Of a DNA stretch of 64,000 nucleotides, positions 29,572 through 39,500 are shown piece by piece. The notes under the pieces were generated by a model. That model was not told where the DNA came from. It searched no databases and saw only the letters and a list, made by a program, of their open reading frames with translations. The stretch's first letter is position 1; each line of letters opens with the position of its first letter. Source of the stretch: Candidatus Adlerbacteria bacterium. Lineage in GTDB: Bacteria > Patescibacteriota > Minisyncoccia > Phycocordibacterales > SBAW01. The position numbers and the translations under genes are program-made. Where the stretch lies: positions 80,235 through 144,234 of the forward strand of contig CAVVLG010000003.1 of NCBI GenBank assembly GCA_963749085.1. Reading direction: 5' to 3'.

Positions 29572-31689
29572 ATGCCCGAGAAATTTCTCAAACCCTACAA
29601 TCCCTCGGAAGTCGAGAGCACAATATACAAAAAGTGGGAGGAGAGTGGCTATTTTAATCCTGATAATTTGCCGGGTGAGCGTACTGAGCCGTTTTCTATT
29701 ATCATGCCGCCGCCCAACGCCAACGGCTCTCTGCACGCGGGTCATGCACTGTTCGTAACGCTTCAAGATATTATGATCCGCTTCGCGCGTATGCGCGGCT
29801 ATAAGGCGCTGTGGCTTCCCGGGGCGGATCACGCAGGTTTTGAAACACAGGTAGTGTATGAACGGCAGCTGGAAAAAGAAGGGCGTTCGCGCTTTCGGAT
29901 GCCACCGGAGGAGCTCTACAAAGAGATTCTCGCGTTTACTATGCACAATAAATCGTTCATGGAGGGACAGCTTCGCCAGCTGGGCGCCTCGTGTGACTGG
30001 TCGCGAGAGCTTTTCACGCTTGATGAGCGTGTCGTCACCACTGTCTATGACACGTTTAAAAAGTTACACGAGGACGGGCTCTTATATCGTGGCTCGCGCA
30101 CCGTCAATTGGTGTCCAAAACATCAGACTTCGCTTTCAAATTTAGAGACTGAACGTATTACACGCACGGATTCTTTCTACTATTTTACATACGGACCCTT
30201 TATCATCGGCACCGCGCGTCCTGAGACCAAGTTTGGCGACAAATACGTGGTGATGCACCCGCAAGACAAGCGCTACAAGAAGTACAAGGACGGGGAGCAG
30301 ATTAAACTTGAATGGATTAACGGACCTATAACCGCCACCATCGTCAAAGACGAGGCCATAGATATGTCCTTCGGCAGCGGCGTCATGACCATTACACCCT
30401 GGCACGACGCGACCGACTTTGAGATAGCGCAGCGTCACCATTTACCCTTCGAGCAGATCATAGATTGGCGCGGCAAGCTCCTTCCTATTGCGGGCGAGTT
30501 TGCCGGTATGTCAATAAAAGACGCTCGGCAAAAGATTGTCGAGAAACTGCAGAGCAAGGGGCTTGTGGACCACATAGACCACAGCTACGTGCACGAAGTG
30601 CCGGTGTGTTATAAATGCGGCCGTGAAATAGAACCGCAGGTCAAAGAACAATGGTTCGTCAGCATGCAGCCGCTCGCCGCGCGAGCCATTGTGGCCATTA
30701 AGCGCGGCGACGTAAAAATTCTGACCGAACAACATGAAAAAATAATCCTGTACTGGCTAGAGAACATTCAAGACTGGAATATCTCGCGCCAAATTGTCTG
30801 GGGCATACCCATACCAGCGTGGTTTAAGGACGGTGAGATCCATATCGGCGAAAATTTTCCCGGCGAAGGATGGGTGAAAGACCCCGACACGTTCGACACG
30901 TGGTTTTCTTCCGGACAGTGGCCGTTTATCACACTCGGCTTTCCTGACGGTAAAGACTTTAAAACATTTTATCCGACCACCGTGATGGAAAGCGGCGCAG
31001 ATCTCATCTTTTTTTGGATAGCGCGCATGCTCATGCTCGGGATATACCGAACGGGAACGGTACCGTTCAAAAACATCTACCTTCATGGACTCGTGCGGGA
31101 CGCCAAGGGAGAAAAAATGAGCAAAAGCAAGGGCAACGTCATCTCCCCGCTCGATGTCTCAAACGAATTCGGCACCGACGCATTGCGCATGGGCCTCGTC
31201 GTCGGCAATACGCCGGGCACCGATCTTAATCTCGATCCGCGGAAAATAGGCGCGTATAAAAAATTCGCGAATAAACTTTGGAACATCACTCGCTTCGTGT
31301 TGGAGAACACCCAAGGAATCACCGTTGAAGATGCGCCGACATTTACCGATGCCGACGCGACTTTATGGAGAGAATTTAAAGAGGTGTGCACAGAGGTTAC
31401 CCAGGATATCGAGGGATTTCGTATCTATCTGGCCTCTGAGAAACTGTATCACTATGTATGGGGTCGATTCGCGAGTACGCTACTTGAAGAGAGCAAATCT
31501 ATTCTCAAAGGCAGCGACCCGGCGGTAAAACTATCACGTCAGCAATTCTTGCTCGCGGTGCTGCGCGATTGCCTCAAGCTCCTTCATCCGTTCATGCCCT
31601 TCATTACAGAGGAGATATGGCCCTCTTTGACTAAGGCTCCCAAAGACAAACATTCCCTGCTCTTGGTAGAGCGTTGGCCTGAAAAGTAG
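29572..31689 (+). CDS. valS: valyl-tRNA synthetase (compact, no C-terminal coiled coil)
   Basis: HIGH region 'PPPNANGSLHAGHA', KMSKS 'KMSKSKGNVI', editing-domain segment 'GTARPETKFGDKYVVMHPQDKRY'; 705 aa. Confidence 0.75.
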   Translation: MPEKFLKPYNPSEVESTIYKKWEESGYFNPDNLPGERTEPFSIIMPPPNANGSLHAGHALFVTLQDIMIRFARMRGYKALWLPGADHAGFETQVVYERQLEKEGRSRFRMPPEELYKEILAFTMHNKSFMEGQLRQLGASCDWSRELFTLDERVVTTVYDTFKKLHEDGLLYRGSRTVNWCPKHQTSLSNLETERITRTDSFYYFTYGPFIIGTARPETKFGDKYVVMHPQDKRYKKYKDGEQIKLEWINGPITATIVKDEAIDMSFGSGVMTITPWHDATDFEIAQRHHLPFEQIIDWRGKLLPIAGEFAGMSIKDARQKIVEKLQSKGLVDHIDHSYVHEVPVCYKCGREIEPQVKEQWFVSMQPLAARAIVAIKRGDVKILTEQHEKIILYWLENIQDWNISRQIVWGIPIPAWFKDGEIHIGENFPGEGWVKDPDTFDTWFSSGQWPFITLGFPDGKDFKTFYPTTVMESGADLIFFWIARMLMLGIYRTGTVPFKNIYLHGLVRDAKGEKMSKSKGNVISPLDVSNEFGTDALRMGLVVGNTPGTDLNLDPRKIGAYKKFANKLWNITRFVLENTQGITVEDAPTFTDADATLWREFKEVCTEVTQDIEGFRIYLASEKLYHYVWGRFASTLLEESKSILKGSDPAVKLSRQQFLLAVLRDCLKLLHPFMPFITEEIWPSLTKAPKDKHSLLLVERWPEK

Positions 31690-31704
31690 CGTTATACTGA
31701 ACAT

Positions 31705-32421
31705 ATGTTCCTTTCGCCGACGACGTTCATCGCGTTTTTAAGCGGGATCCTGCCGGCTCTTCTGTGGCTGAGCTTCTGGCTTCTTGAGGACCGCTGCCAG
31801 CCGGAACCGAAACGTTACATATTTTACGCGTTCGTGGCGGGTATGTTTTCCGTGCTGCCCGTCCTTTTTATCGAGCAATGGACCATTCCGCTCGTTGACC
31901 CGGCTTTTCTTATAAGCGGGATTGCCACTCCCGCTCTCCTCATAGCATGGGCTTCCACGGAGGAGCTCTTTAAATTCGGCGCTGCCTACATCACGGGACT
32001 GCGCTCCTGGGTGTTCGATGAGCCGCTGGACGCTGTTATTTATATGGTGACGGCTGCGCTTGGGTTCTCCTCCATAGAAAACGCGCTTTTTTTGTGGGGA
32101 GCCCTCATGCACGGGGACGTGCTCCATACCATCCTCACCGGTGACCTTCGTTTTATCGGCGCAACCCTCCTCCATACGCTTTCCTCCTCGACCATAGGCG
32201 TGGCGCTTGCAATGTCGTTTTATAAAAGCGCCGCGATGCGGCGACTATACGCCGTATGCGGAGTTGTCCTCGCAATTGCCTTGCACACCTTGTTCAATTT
32301 TTTTATACTGGGTCAAGGCGGCAATGCCACGTTTGTAGTGTTTATGTTCATTTGGATCGGCATCGTCATAATACTGCTCTTCGTGGAGCACGTGAAAATA
32401 CCTGAGAAGGATTATTGCTAG
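31705..32421 (+). CDS. PrsW-family intramembrane protease-like protein
   Basis: Polytopic membrane protein with 'EELFKFGAAY' (EExxK) and 'HTLFNFF' (FxxxN/H) motifs. Confidence 0.55.
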   Translation: MFLSPTTFIAFLSGILPALLWLSFWLLEDRCQPEPKRYIFYAFVAGMFSVLPVLFIEQWTIPLVDPAFLISGIATPALLIAWASTEELFKFGAAYITGLRSWVFDEPLDAVIYMVTAALGFSSIENALFLWGALMHGDVLHTILTGDLRFIGATLLHTLSSSTIGVALAMSFYKSAAMRRLYAVCGVVLAIALHTLFNFFILGQGGNATFVVFMFIWIGIVIILLFVEHVKIPEKDYC

Positions 32422-32444
32422 CTTGTTAGTCAGATTTCATTTAC

Positions 32445-32951
32445 ATGGCAAAAGAAAAACGATCTCTCTTTGAATGGCTTACCGGGGGCTCCGGTGCCTC
32501 TGACGACTATGCTTTTGATGATCTGGAAAGCGGGTCCGGCAGCTATCCCGTGCCTTCGCGCAAATTGAATCCGCGAAAAGATAGAAATGAGGAACTCGAG
32601 GAAATTCCGGAGGAGCAAGCGGACGGCGAGCTTGCCATTGACGTCTACCAAACTCCCACCCACATCGTTATCAAGGCGATGATAGCCGGGGTGAAACCTG
32701 AAGATTTGGATGTTTCCATAACCCGCGACATGGTCACCGTGCGCGGGAAGCGCGAGCGACATACGGAAGGGACCGCCGGCGATTTTTTCTTTCAAGAATT
32801 ATACTGGGGCTCATTTTCCCGCACGATAGTATTGCCGCAGGAAGTTGAAATTGAAGAAGCTGAAGCAACCGAGAAGCACGGACTTCTTATCATACGCTTG
32901 CCAAAACTCGACAAAGGACGGCAAGCAAAACTCAAAGTACGATCAAACTAA
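32445..32951 (+). CDS. Hsp20/alpha-crystallin small heat-shock protein
   Basis: Alpha-crystallin domain 'ELAIDVYQTPTHIVIKAMIAGVKPEDLDVSITRDMVTVRGKRE...GLLIIRLPK'. Confidence 0.85.
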   Translation: MAKEKRSLFEWLTGGSGASDDYAFDDLESGSGSYPVPSRKLNPRKDRNEELEEIPEEQADGELAIDVYQTPTHIVIKAMIAGVKPEDLDVSITRDMVTVRGKRERHTEGTAGDFFFQELYWGSFSRTIVLPQEVEIEEAEATEKHGLLIIRLPKLDKGRQAKLKVRSN

Positions 32952-33012
32952 AAAAACTCCGCGGCCTGCGGGGTTTTAAATTCCTTCTATTTTTGTTAAA
33001 GTTCTGTGTACT

Positions 33013-33085
33013 GCTTGGGTAGCTCAGTTGGTAGAGCATCTCCCTGAAGAGGAGGGGGTCGCCGGTTCGAGCCCGGCCCCAAGCA
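33013..33085 (+). tRNA. tRNA-Phe (anticodon GAA)
   Basis: Acceptor GCTTGGG/CCCAAGC, D-arm TAGCTCAGTTGGTAGAGCA, anticodon loop CTGAAGA, T-arm GCCGGTTCGAGCCCGGC. Confidence 0.85.
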
Positions 33086-33095
33086 CACCGTCTAG

Positions 33096-33332
33096 CTAGT
33101 GCGATGTGGTCGTGCTTTGTTGATTTAGGAGATCACCAAAAAAGTTTGATATTTGGCTTTCATACGTCTGAGCCTGCTTCTGATCGGTCTGCAAATTACT
33201 GTACGCTTGTTCGATTTTCAGCAGATATGGCTGGTAATAATAGTAGGCGACACCTGAGGCCGCGATAATAAGAAGCCACCACAGAACCATAAAGAAGCGC
33301 CCCCACGCCGCTCCGCGGCGCACCTTATGCAC
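33096..33332 (-). CDS. small membrane protein (start trimmed to an internal Met)
   Basis: 'MVHKVRRGAAWGRFFMVLWWLLIIAASGVAYYYYQ' one TM; the longer ORF-track N-terminus is translated from the 68-bp repeat and is probably artefactual. Confidence 0.25.
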   Translation of the reverse strand: MHKVRRGAAWGRFFMVLWWLLIIAASGVAYYYYQPYLLKIEQAYSNLQTDQKQAQTYESQISNFFGDLLNQQSTTTSH

Positions 33333-33440
33333 CATGCGATTGGTATCTTCTGATAAAGCAATGTTCCGACGAACAAGTTCTTTTAATTCATCTATTTGCG
33401 GATCCACAAAAAAAGTATAGCACGCTCTCTTTGTGCCCCC

Positions 33441-33508
33441 GGGCGATACCGTACTGACTTCGATGGGGGCCGGTATCGGTTCCCTGCGCCACAGCGCTGT
33501 GCCCCCGG
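33441..33508 (+). repeat. 68-bp direct repeat, copy A (followed by a 22-bp partial second unit)
   Basis: gggcgataccgtactgacttcgatgggggccggtatcggttccctgcgccacagcgctgtgcccccgg is identical to 46984..47051; it contains an 8-bp IR (cgataccg/cggtatcg) and the 12-bp palindrome cacagcgctgtg. Confidence 0.85.
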
Positions 33509-33788
33509 GCGATACCGTACCCCATTCGGTAAGCACCCCAAGGGTTCTTTGATGTACATATAGTATGCGATGGCGAAGGGGGCCGGAATGCCTCAGTTGC
33601 GGGAGATTTTGAAGATTTTTGGGGCGATTCGATGAGCCGAGAGGAGGGGCGGTACCGTACCAGATGAAATGCCTAAAAATGCCTAAAAATTGGATGGTTT
33701 GTGCTTGGGGAGCAGAAATTTTAGGCTTTTGCCGTTCGAGCGATTTTACCCGGAATGGGACACGGAACGGCGTATCAAATGTGTAATT

Positions 33789-34301
33789 TCAGCCACTTGT
33801 ATCCCTACCCTTGGTATCAAGCAGCTGTTTGAATGTGGCATCCTTCACACGCCACAGATAGAAGGTCTTGCGGGTGATGTGAGAGTACTGGCAGGCCTCG
33901 GTTACTTGCATACCCGCCTTCTCGAATGAGAGCAGAAAGGAGAGCTTTTTGATGAGGGTGCGGAGTTGTGGACCTCTCAGTTTTGCCATGCGCTCAAGCC
34001 GTGCCTTGTTGGCCTGCTCCTGCCATTCCGCACGGTACTTATACTTGCCATACATAGGAGGAATAGAGAAATAGTTGGCAATCCAGTGCGTGGCTGACGG
34101 CATGGACCAGTTAAGACCTATAGCTTCTGCAGGTGATACAGGACCGTTGGAATCCCCATAATACAGATTACCCGATTGCTGTTGTTGGCGTAGAGTGGTA
34201 TTGGAGCCGGCGGGAGAGAGAGGAGCGTTGGAGTCGGCGTAGTAGAGATTGCCGGATTGTTGCTGGCGTATATGGGTGTTGGAGCCGGAGGCGGTTCTCA
34301 T
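33789..34301 (-). CDS. HTH-domain protein (transposase/terminase-small-subunit N-terminal-like), possibly a fragment
   Basis: C-terminal 'LRTLIKKLSFLLSFEKAGMQVTEACQYSHITRKTFYLWRVKDATFKQLLD' HTH; N-terminal half is Gln-rich with a 21-aa internal duplication; the true start may be the internal 'MAKLRG'. Confidence 0.3.
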   Translation of the reverse strand: MRTASGSNTHIRQQQSGNLYYADSNAPLSPAGSNTTLRQQQQSGNLYYGDSNGPVSPAEAIGLNWSMPSATHWIANYFSIPPMYGKYKYRAEWQEQANKARLERMAKLRGPQLRTLIKKLSFLLSFEKAGMQVTEACQYSHITRKTFYLWRVKDATFKQLLDTKGRDTSG

Positions 34302-34374
34302 CTAAACTTAAATATCTTACTTTTTTATTAAGCTCATCTTTAATAGAGATACAGCGCTCCAGAAACGGCTCTTA

Positions 34375-34635
34375 CTAACCCTGATGACCAAATAGAAGCG
34401 CGACAATAAATAAGATTGTGAGCGCGACACAAAATAACGAAGCGATATATAATAGTATGCGGTATAACAGCGTGAGATACTGTTCTCGTTTTGGTTGCGC
34501 TGACGAACCAAATCCGGTAGCTTGAAGAAGCTTTCTTGCAAGAAAGATTCCTAGCGACCGATTGAAAACGGTACATGCAATAGCGATCGCAATAAACGCT
34601 ATTAATAAAATTGAATTACCTACTAAAGTGGCCAT
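34375..34635 (-). CDS. putative immunity protein for the orphan Rhs-CT (2-TM, paralog of 36289..36522)
   Basis: 86 aa with two hydrophobic helices; shares 'VGN..I..I.IAI..TVFN' and downstream 'Y..L.Y' pattern with the gene after the main rhs; AT-rich. Confidence 0.45.
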   Translation of the reverse strand: MATLVGNSILLIAFIAIAIACTVFNRSLGIFLARKLLQATGFGSSAQPKREQYLTLLYRILLYIASLFCVALTILFIVALLFGHQG

Positions 34636-34684
34636 ATGAGATTATTTTATACGAATAATATTTATAAGTTTGTACCGTCATATA

Positions 34685-35458
34685 CTACTTAATCACGCTC
34701 GGTGTCGACAGACTCGGCTGGGTATACAAATTTGCATTGTATGTATTGATCGCCTTTACAGCCGCGGCGAACCCAGTATCGCTAAGATTAGCACCTGAAG
34801 TATTAGCATAACTGATAACCGCATTCGAGATCTGACTTATATTAGTACCTCCCGAAGAAGATTGAACACCAAATGACTCGTTCGCTAGCATAGTTGGACC
34901 AAAGTATGCGGGCGTTTTATAAACAACTGATTCAGAAGCACCCATATCGAAACCGAATGTGGTAGTTTCTGTCCATGGAGTTGGCGGTCCAGCTTTAGGA
35001 TGTTTCCAGTCAGAGAAATCAAGTTGTGCCTCTGATGAAATTGACTCTCCTATGCCTGGAGTAAGGTCAGCTGAAGGTGAAGTGTATAAACCTGATGCGT
35101 CGAGGGAACCGCTCTTACTATACGTGCCCTGATAATTAACACCTAAAGCGAACCCAGCCCATGGGCCACCTTCAAATTGAATGCCCCAAGGATCGGTATC
35201 GACATTTGCACCTGCTACCACACCAAACCCTGCTCCGAGACTAACCGTCCCTCCGTATATATCTTTTCCTAAGGGGTCACTATTGGTAATGGGGTTATCT
35301 CGTCCATAGCTATAAGAGTTGAGTTGTTGTGGGTCCATTAATAGCTGGCCTTGCTGCTGTTGCGTCAATTGTCGAAGCTGAGTCGGATTTCCTACCGACA
35401 AACCTGCATGGATACGTCGGAAAAAGGATATTGTGCACCTTGATTCTGATCCGCGCAC
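34685..35458 (-). CDS. orphan Rhs C-terminal toxin cassette (core tail + DPxGL + variable CT domain)
   Basis: 'LLMDPQQLNSYSYGRDNPITNSDPLGKD' matches the Rhs core-end / aspartyl autoproteolysis motif and the main rhs tip 'LLADPQQLNAYSYSRDNPTTTSDPQGLG'; followed by a distinct but related Gly/Ala-rich CT. Confidence 0.7.
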   Translation of the reverse strand: MRGSESRCTISFFRRIHAGLSVGNPTQLRQLTQQQQGQLLMDPQQLNSYSYGRDNPITNSDPLGKDIYGGTVSLGAGFGVVAGANVDTDPWGIQFEGGPWAGFALGVNYQGTYSKSGSLDASGLYTSPSADLTPGIGESISSEAQLDFSDWKHPKAGPPTPWTETTTFGFDMGASESVVYKTPAYFGPTMLANESFGVQSSSGGTNISQISNAVISYANTSGANLSDTGFAAAVKAINTYNANLYTQPSLSTPSVIK

Positions 35459-35491
35459 TGCTTCCCAATCCTATTTCGACACAAGCTGAAG

Positions 35492-35523
35492 AAGAGGAGA
35501 GCCCGAACGCGTTGCACCGCGTT
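35492..35523 (-). terminator. strong hairpin (13-bp perfect stem) immediately upstream of the orphan cassette
   Basis: gagcccgaacgcg-ttgcac-cgcgttcgggctc; C/U-rich tract follows on the minus strand. Confidence 0.35.
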
Positions 35524-35788
35524 CGGGCTCAAGAGTCTGATTACCCATCCACCACTCTGAGAAGGAGAGGAACGTGATAACGCAGACCCCAACTGTACGG
35601 ATTGGTCAAAACGATTGGCGTCAGAAGCGCGCGAATCGCTCTTCTGACGTTCAGTATCGCACGGCAACCGCCATGCGCGAAGTGAGTAATCCCCAACCGA
35701 CCACAACATTGTGCCTGCCGATCGAGGCGCCGGCAGGTGGCTGGGATGCCTACAACAGAGCAGTTCTTGCCGTAATCCTGAGATCAAG

Positions 35789-36358
35789 GCGGCGATGCTT
35801 GAAACGTGCGTATTCGGAATAATTGAAAGTACCATGCTCGATCCGATTAAGCTGCGGACGTGTATGGACTTTTTCAATGAAAAAAAACTCGCGTATGACA
35901 ACGAGACCAACAAGTTTAAGGGAGAGCGCGAAGAGTTAGTGTTGCGCATACCGCTCTTGCATAAAGGCGAAGTGATCGACACGAGCGTTAAGCAATTCTG
36001 CGAAGCCGCTCGGGTGCGTTTTGAGAAGTGCGTTGACTTCGATACCAAGCGGCAATTCTTACTCGACTACGTAGAGAAGATAATATTTACTGATGATCAT
36101 GTCGCTGTATACGGATCGGTACCCGTGCACATGAAAGCGTATACGGATGCTGACGCTCCCATTGAGACGAGCAAAATTGAATTCAAGCTTGAGGGCGACA
36201 TTTCCTCGGTGGAGCGATTTGCGACTTACAAAAAGAAAAGCGGTGGGAGCCCGATCACTATGGCGGAATTTAATAACCGCATTGCAAATCATTTATTAAA
36301 TAACAGAGAACCGATAAAAAGGAGCACTGCGACGGTACAGAAAAACGAGAAGAAATAA
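35789..36358 (+). CDS. hypothetical protein (convergent to the rhs locus)
   Basis: K/E-rich, balanced composition; the minus-strand ORF on the same DNA is Ser/Arg/Leu-rich and looks antisense; start taken at internal Met 'MLETCVF'; 3' end overlaps the putative immunity gene by about 70 nt. Confidence 0.4.
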   Translation, partial: AAMLETCVFGIIESTMLDPIKLRTCMDFFNEKKLAYDNETNKFKGEREELVLRIPLLHKGEVIDTSVKQFCEAARVRFEKCVDFDTKRQFLLDYVEKIIFTDDHVAVYGSVPVHMKAYTDADAPIETSKIEFKLEGDISSVERFATYKKKSGGSPITMAEFNNRIANHLLNNREPIKRSTATVQKNEKK

Positions 36359-36522
36359 AATAAAACTCTGTAACAAATTACAAAGAATCGTTCCTGTCGC
36401 AATGACGACGGCAATATCATCATAAACTTCTCTGCAAAACGATTTGCCAGTTGTTTATTAAATACGGTAAAAACAATGGCTATGATTACGAATACAAGAG
36501 AAGCGATTATGTTACCAACCAT
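36289..36522 (-). CDS. putative cognate immunity protein of the main Rhs toxin (2-TM)
   Basis: 77 aa, 'MVGNIIASLVFVIIAIVFTVFNKQL...VICYRVLFYFFSFFCTVAVLLFIGSLLF'; begins 44 bp after the rhs stop; AT-rich. Confidence 0.5.
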   Translation of the reverse strand: MVGNIIASLVFVIIAIVFTVFNKQLANRFAEKFMMILPSSLRQERFFVICYRVLFYFFSFFCTVAVLLFIGSLLFNK

Positions 36523-36565
36523 AGAATTAAATTTTTAATGCTAATAAATATTGGGGTTCCATGGG

Positions 36566-39500
36566 CTATTTGGTGCCAGGTGTCGATGCACTCATTTGAG
36601 AGGAAAATAGGTTTGAATTGTAGGTGTTGATGGCTTTTACAGCCGCAGCAAAACTAGGATCAGCCAAGTTAGCACCAGTGGTATTCGCATAATTGATAAC
36701 TGCGCCAGAAAGTTGGCTAATATTACTACCTCCAGAACCAGAGGAAGGATTGGGGGAAGAACCTACGAAGCTTTGGAATTGGGAAATGACGTTACCAATA
36801 AAGCCAAGACTAAACGGTGACGCTTTGTATAGAACGGCATCGGTAGCCCCGGCATAGGCACCAAATGCGGGCACAACGTTGCCGACCGGTAATGCCGATT
36901 TAAGTTTAAATTTGCCGTCTTGCCAAGTCAGAGGCGCTTCGGACGAATAGCTTGCACCCACACCTGCGGCAGCTCCTGCTGAGACTTGGAAGTAAAGGCC
37001 CGCAGGATCCAATGACCCATTGGGGTCATACGTGCCTGAAACACGAGCACCTATGCCAGGCCCTATTGTGGGACCGTAACTGAATTGTCCTAGCCAAGAA
37101 TTTGTATCAATATCAAAGTTCGCTACCCCTCCGCCAAATATATACCCGGCATTTATGCTTCCCTCAAGAACACCGAGCCCTTGCGGATCACTAGTCGTTG
37201 TAGGATTATCCCTACTATAACTATACGCATTCAGCTGTTGTGGATCTGCTAGTAACTGATATTGGCTCTGGTCTAGAAGCTGCCCAACTTGATTTGGATT
37301 GCCGAGAGACAAAAATACAGGATCTTCCGAAAGGAACTGCCCCCTACTCCCGTCATAGTACCTCGCGTTCAGATAATCGAGACCAGTGTCATTGTCATAC
37401 ACCTGACCCACATACTTGCGCAGTGATGAGTAGCCCGCTAATTGGTCGTGGTTGCTAATGGATCCGTAGGGGGTGTAGTCGGTGACCTCCTGCACGTGGT
37501 TGTTAGAATCTGCGGTGACAGAGGCGGAGTTGAGTGTGTCGACGTAGTTGTAGTTGATAATCCCGCTTCCCGTAGCGCCGGTTATGTCAGCAACATCTTG
37601 ATTATTAAGGAAGATGTGCTTGGTGGGGAGCATTGAGACACTGTCGGTATTATAGTAGTCGTTGGGATAATAATAGGTGGTGCTTGCGGTGCCCACTCTT
37701 ACCCGATTGTCATTCTCATCGTAAGTGTAGGTGTCAGTGCCTGCCGTCGTGGTTGAGATGCTGAGGCGGTTGCGCCAATCCCAAGCACCTTGGAAGCCCG
37801 AGAGTCCTTGAGTGACGTTACCATTATTATCATACGTAATGGTGGTCTGGCCTACCTGCGTAGGGGCGTCTGGGTTGGCATAGCTAGAGCCTGTATTGCC
37901 TTGGTAGAGGTAGGTAGTAGTGGCGAATGTCCCGCCGAGTGTGGAGGAGGCGTCGGTGAGTACGTTACCTAAGGCGTCATAGGTCCACTGCTCGATTGTG
38001 TTGCGGCCAGCATTGGGCGCACCAGAGGAGATGTCAGGAGTAGTAGATGCCTGTATGAGTCTATTAAGACCATCGTAGGTGTAATCGACCACTTTGGCAG
38101 TTTTAGTGAAGGACGCATCGACAAGGTATGTGATATTTCCATTGGCATCATAAGTATAGGAGAGATCCTGTACACGGTTTCCCGGAGTCATGAAATAGTC
38201 GTTACCGTTGGACCAGGGAGACGGATTGTTATTTTGATCCCAGACTCTAATGCGCCAGAAATATTTGTTGGCATCGGTTCCGTTCGAAGGCAGCGTAGGT
38301 CCTGCATACGTTGATGTCGCCGTTCTTTGACCATTTTGCGTTTGCGGCGACAGAGTTACTTCGCCCGAATCCCATAAAGGAGTTGCCCAACTTCCTCCTC
38401 TTTGGATTACCTGAATTTCATAGGCTGAAGCTGTTGATGTGCCGGACGAATCATAGATGCCATTGAAGTACGGAGGAGGTGCCGTAACTTTGGTGTTTTG
38501 CTCCGCAAAGAAGTGGAAATTGTCGAACCACACATGACCGGTCGTTGTCCCTAGATCGAAATCGAAACGTCCATCTACATCTCCCGCATTTGGCGTAAGC
38601 GTAATTACGTAGTGATTCCAATTGGGATATAGATTGAAAGGGGTGAAGGGTGTAAATTGATTGTTAGGAGAGTGATTTTGATCGAGAACAACATCCGCAC
38701 TCCTTTGAGAGGTTGATTTGGCATCAAAGGCTAGTATGTACGTGGTACCAGTCGCCAGTGCCTGCTGTTGCCAAAACTGCACGTACCAATTTGTACTGGT
38801 AGCCTGGAGAACATTTATATTCGCCGAACAGCTCCCGTTGGTCGATGTAGTGCAATCCGTGCTTTCAGTCGCCTCCGAAGAGCCGTTATCTGTCCAGAAA
38901 CCATAGCCATAGTTGTTTCCTGTGGGATCGGAGATATTTTCAAACGATGGATTACGCACTGTAGAAAGACTATCAGGAATAAGTTCGACATCATCCAGCC
39001 AATACGTTGCACTATTAACCGCCCCGAGCGAAAATATCAGTCGTGAGTTTAGGTCAGTCGTCGTCGCGGTCGAGCTAAAGTAGTACGAGTACTGTTTCCA
39101 GTTTGGCGTGACGGTAGGGTTCACGTCGAGCCCGTAGCTTAGATATTGCCCGCTATTTTGCTGTAACGTTGCTTCGATAGTCGTCGTGGCCGATGCTTTT
39201 GCGCTGAATTCCAAAGTGTAATTGACGTTGGGATCGACGCGAAGCAGCTGTAGGAGTTGTGGTAAATAGTTGACACTTGTCGAAGCAACAACAATTTTAT
39301 CTGAGCAGGCACCAGTGAAGGCAGTTGTGCAGTCGATAGAACTGCTTGAAATACTTGAACCTTCATTAAACACCCAACTTGTGGAAGAGGCGTACTCAAA
39401 TGAGTCGTCGTAGGTTACCGAATTTGAGAACCAATAACCATCGGTATTGAGATTTGTTGAAGCAAATGGAGGAGTGGGGCCTGTTGAGGATGCGGCGTTG

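Noticed and set aside
33333-33536. N-terminal extension of ORF 33096..33536 ('MLTEWGTVSPGGTALWRREPIPAPIEVSTVSPGG...')
   Set aside because: This part is translated straight through the 68-bp repeat and its partial second copy, which explains the repeated GTVSPGG. It is almost certainly non-coding. Only the distal small membrane ORF was kept, at low confidence.
35392-36048. 218-aa minus-strand ORF overlapping the 35789..36358 plus-strand gene
   Set aside because: Ser/Arg/Leu/Cys-rich, which is a typical antisense signature. The plus-strand ORF has far more protein-like composition.
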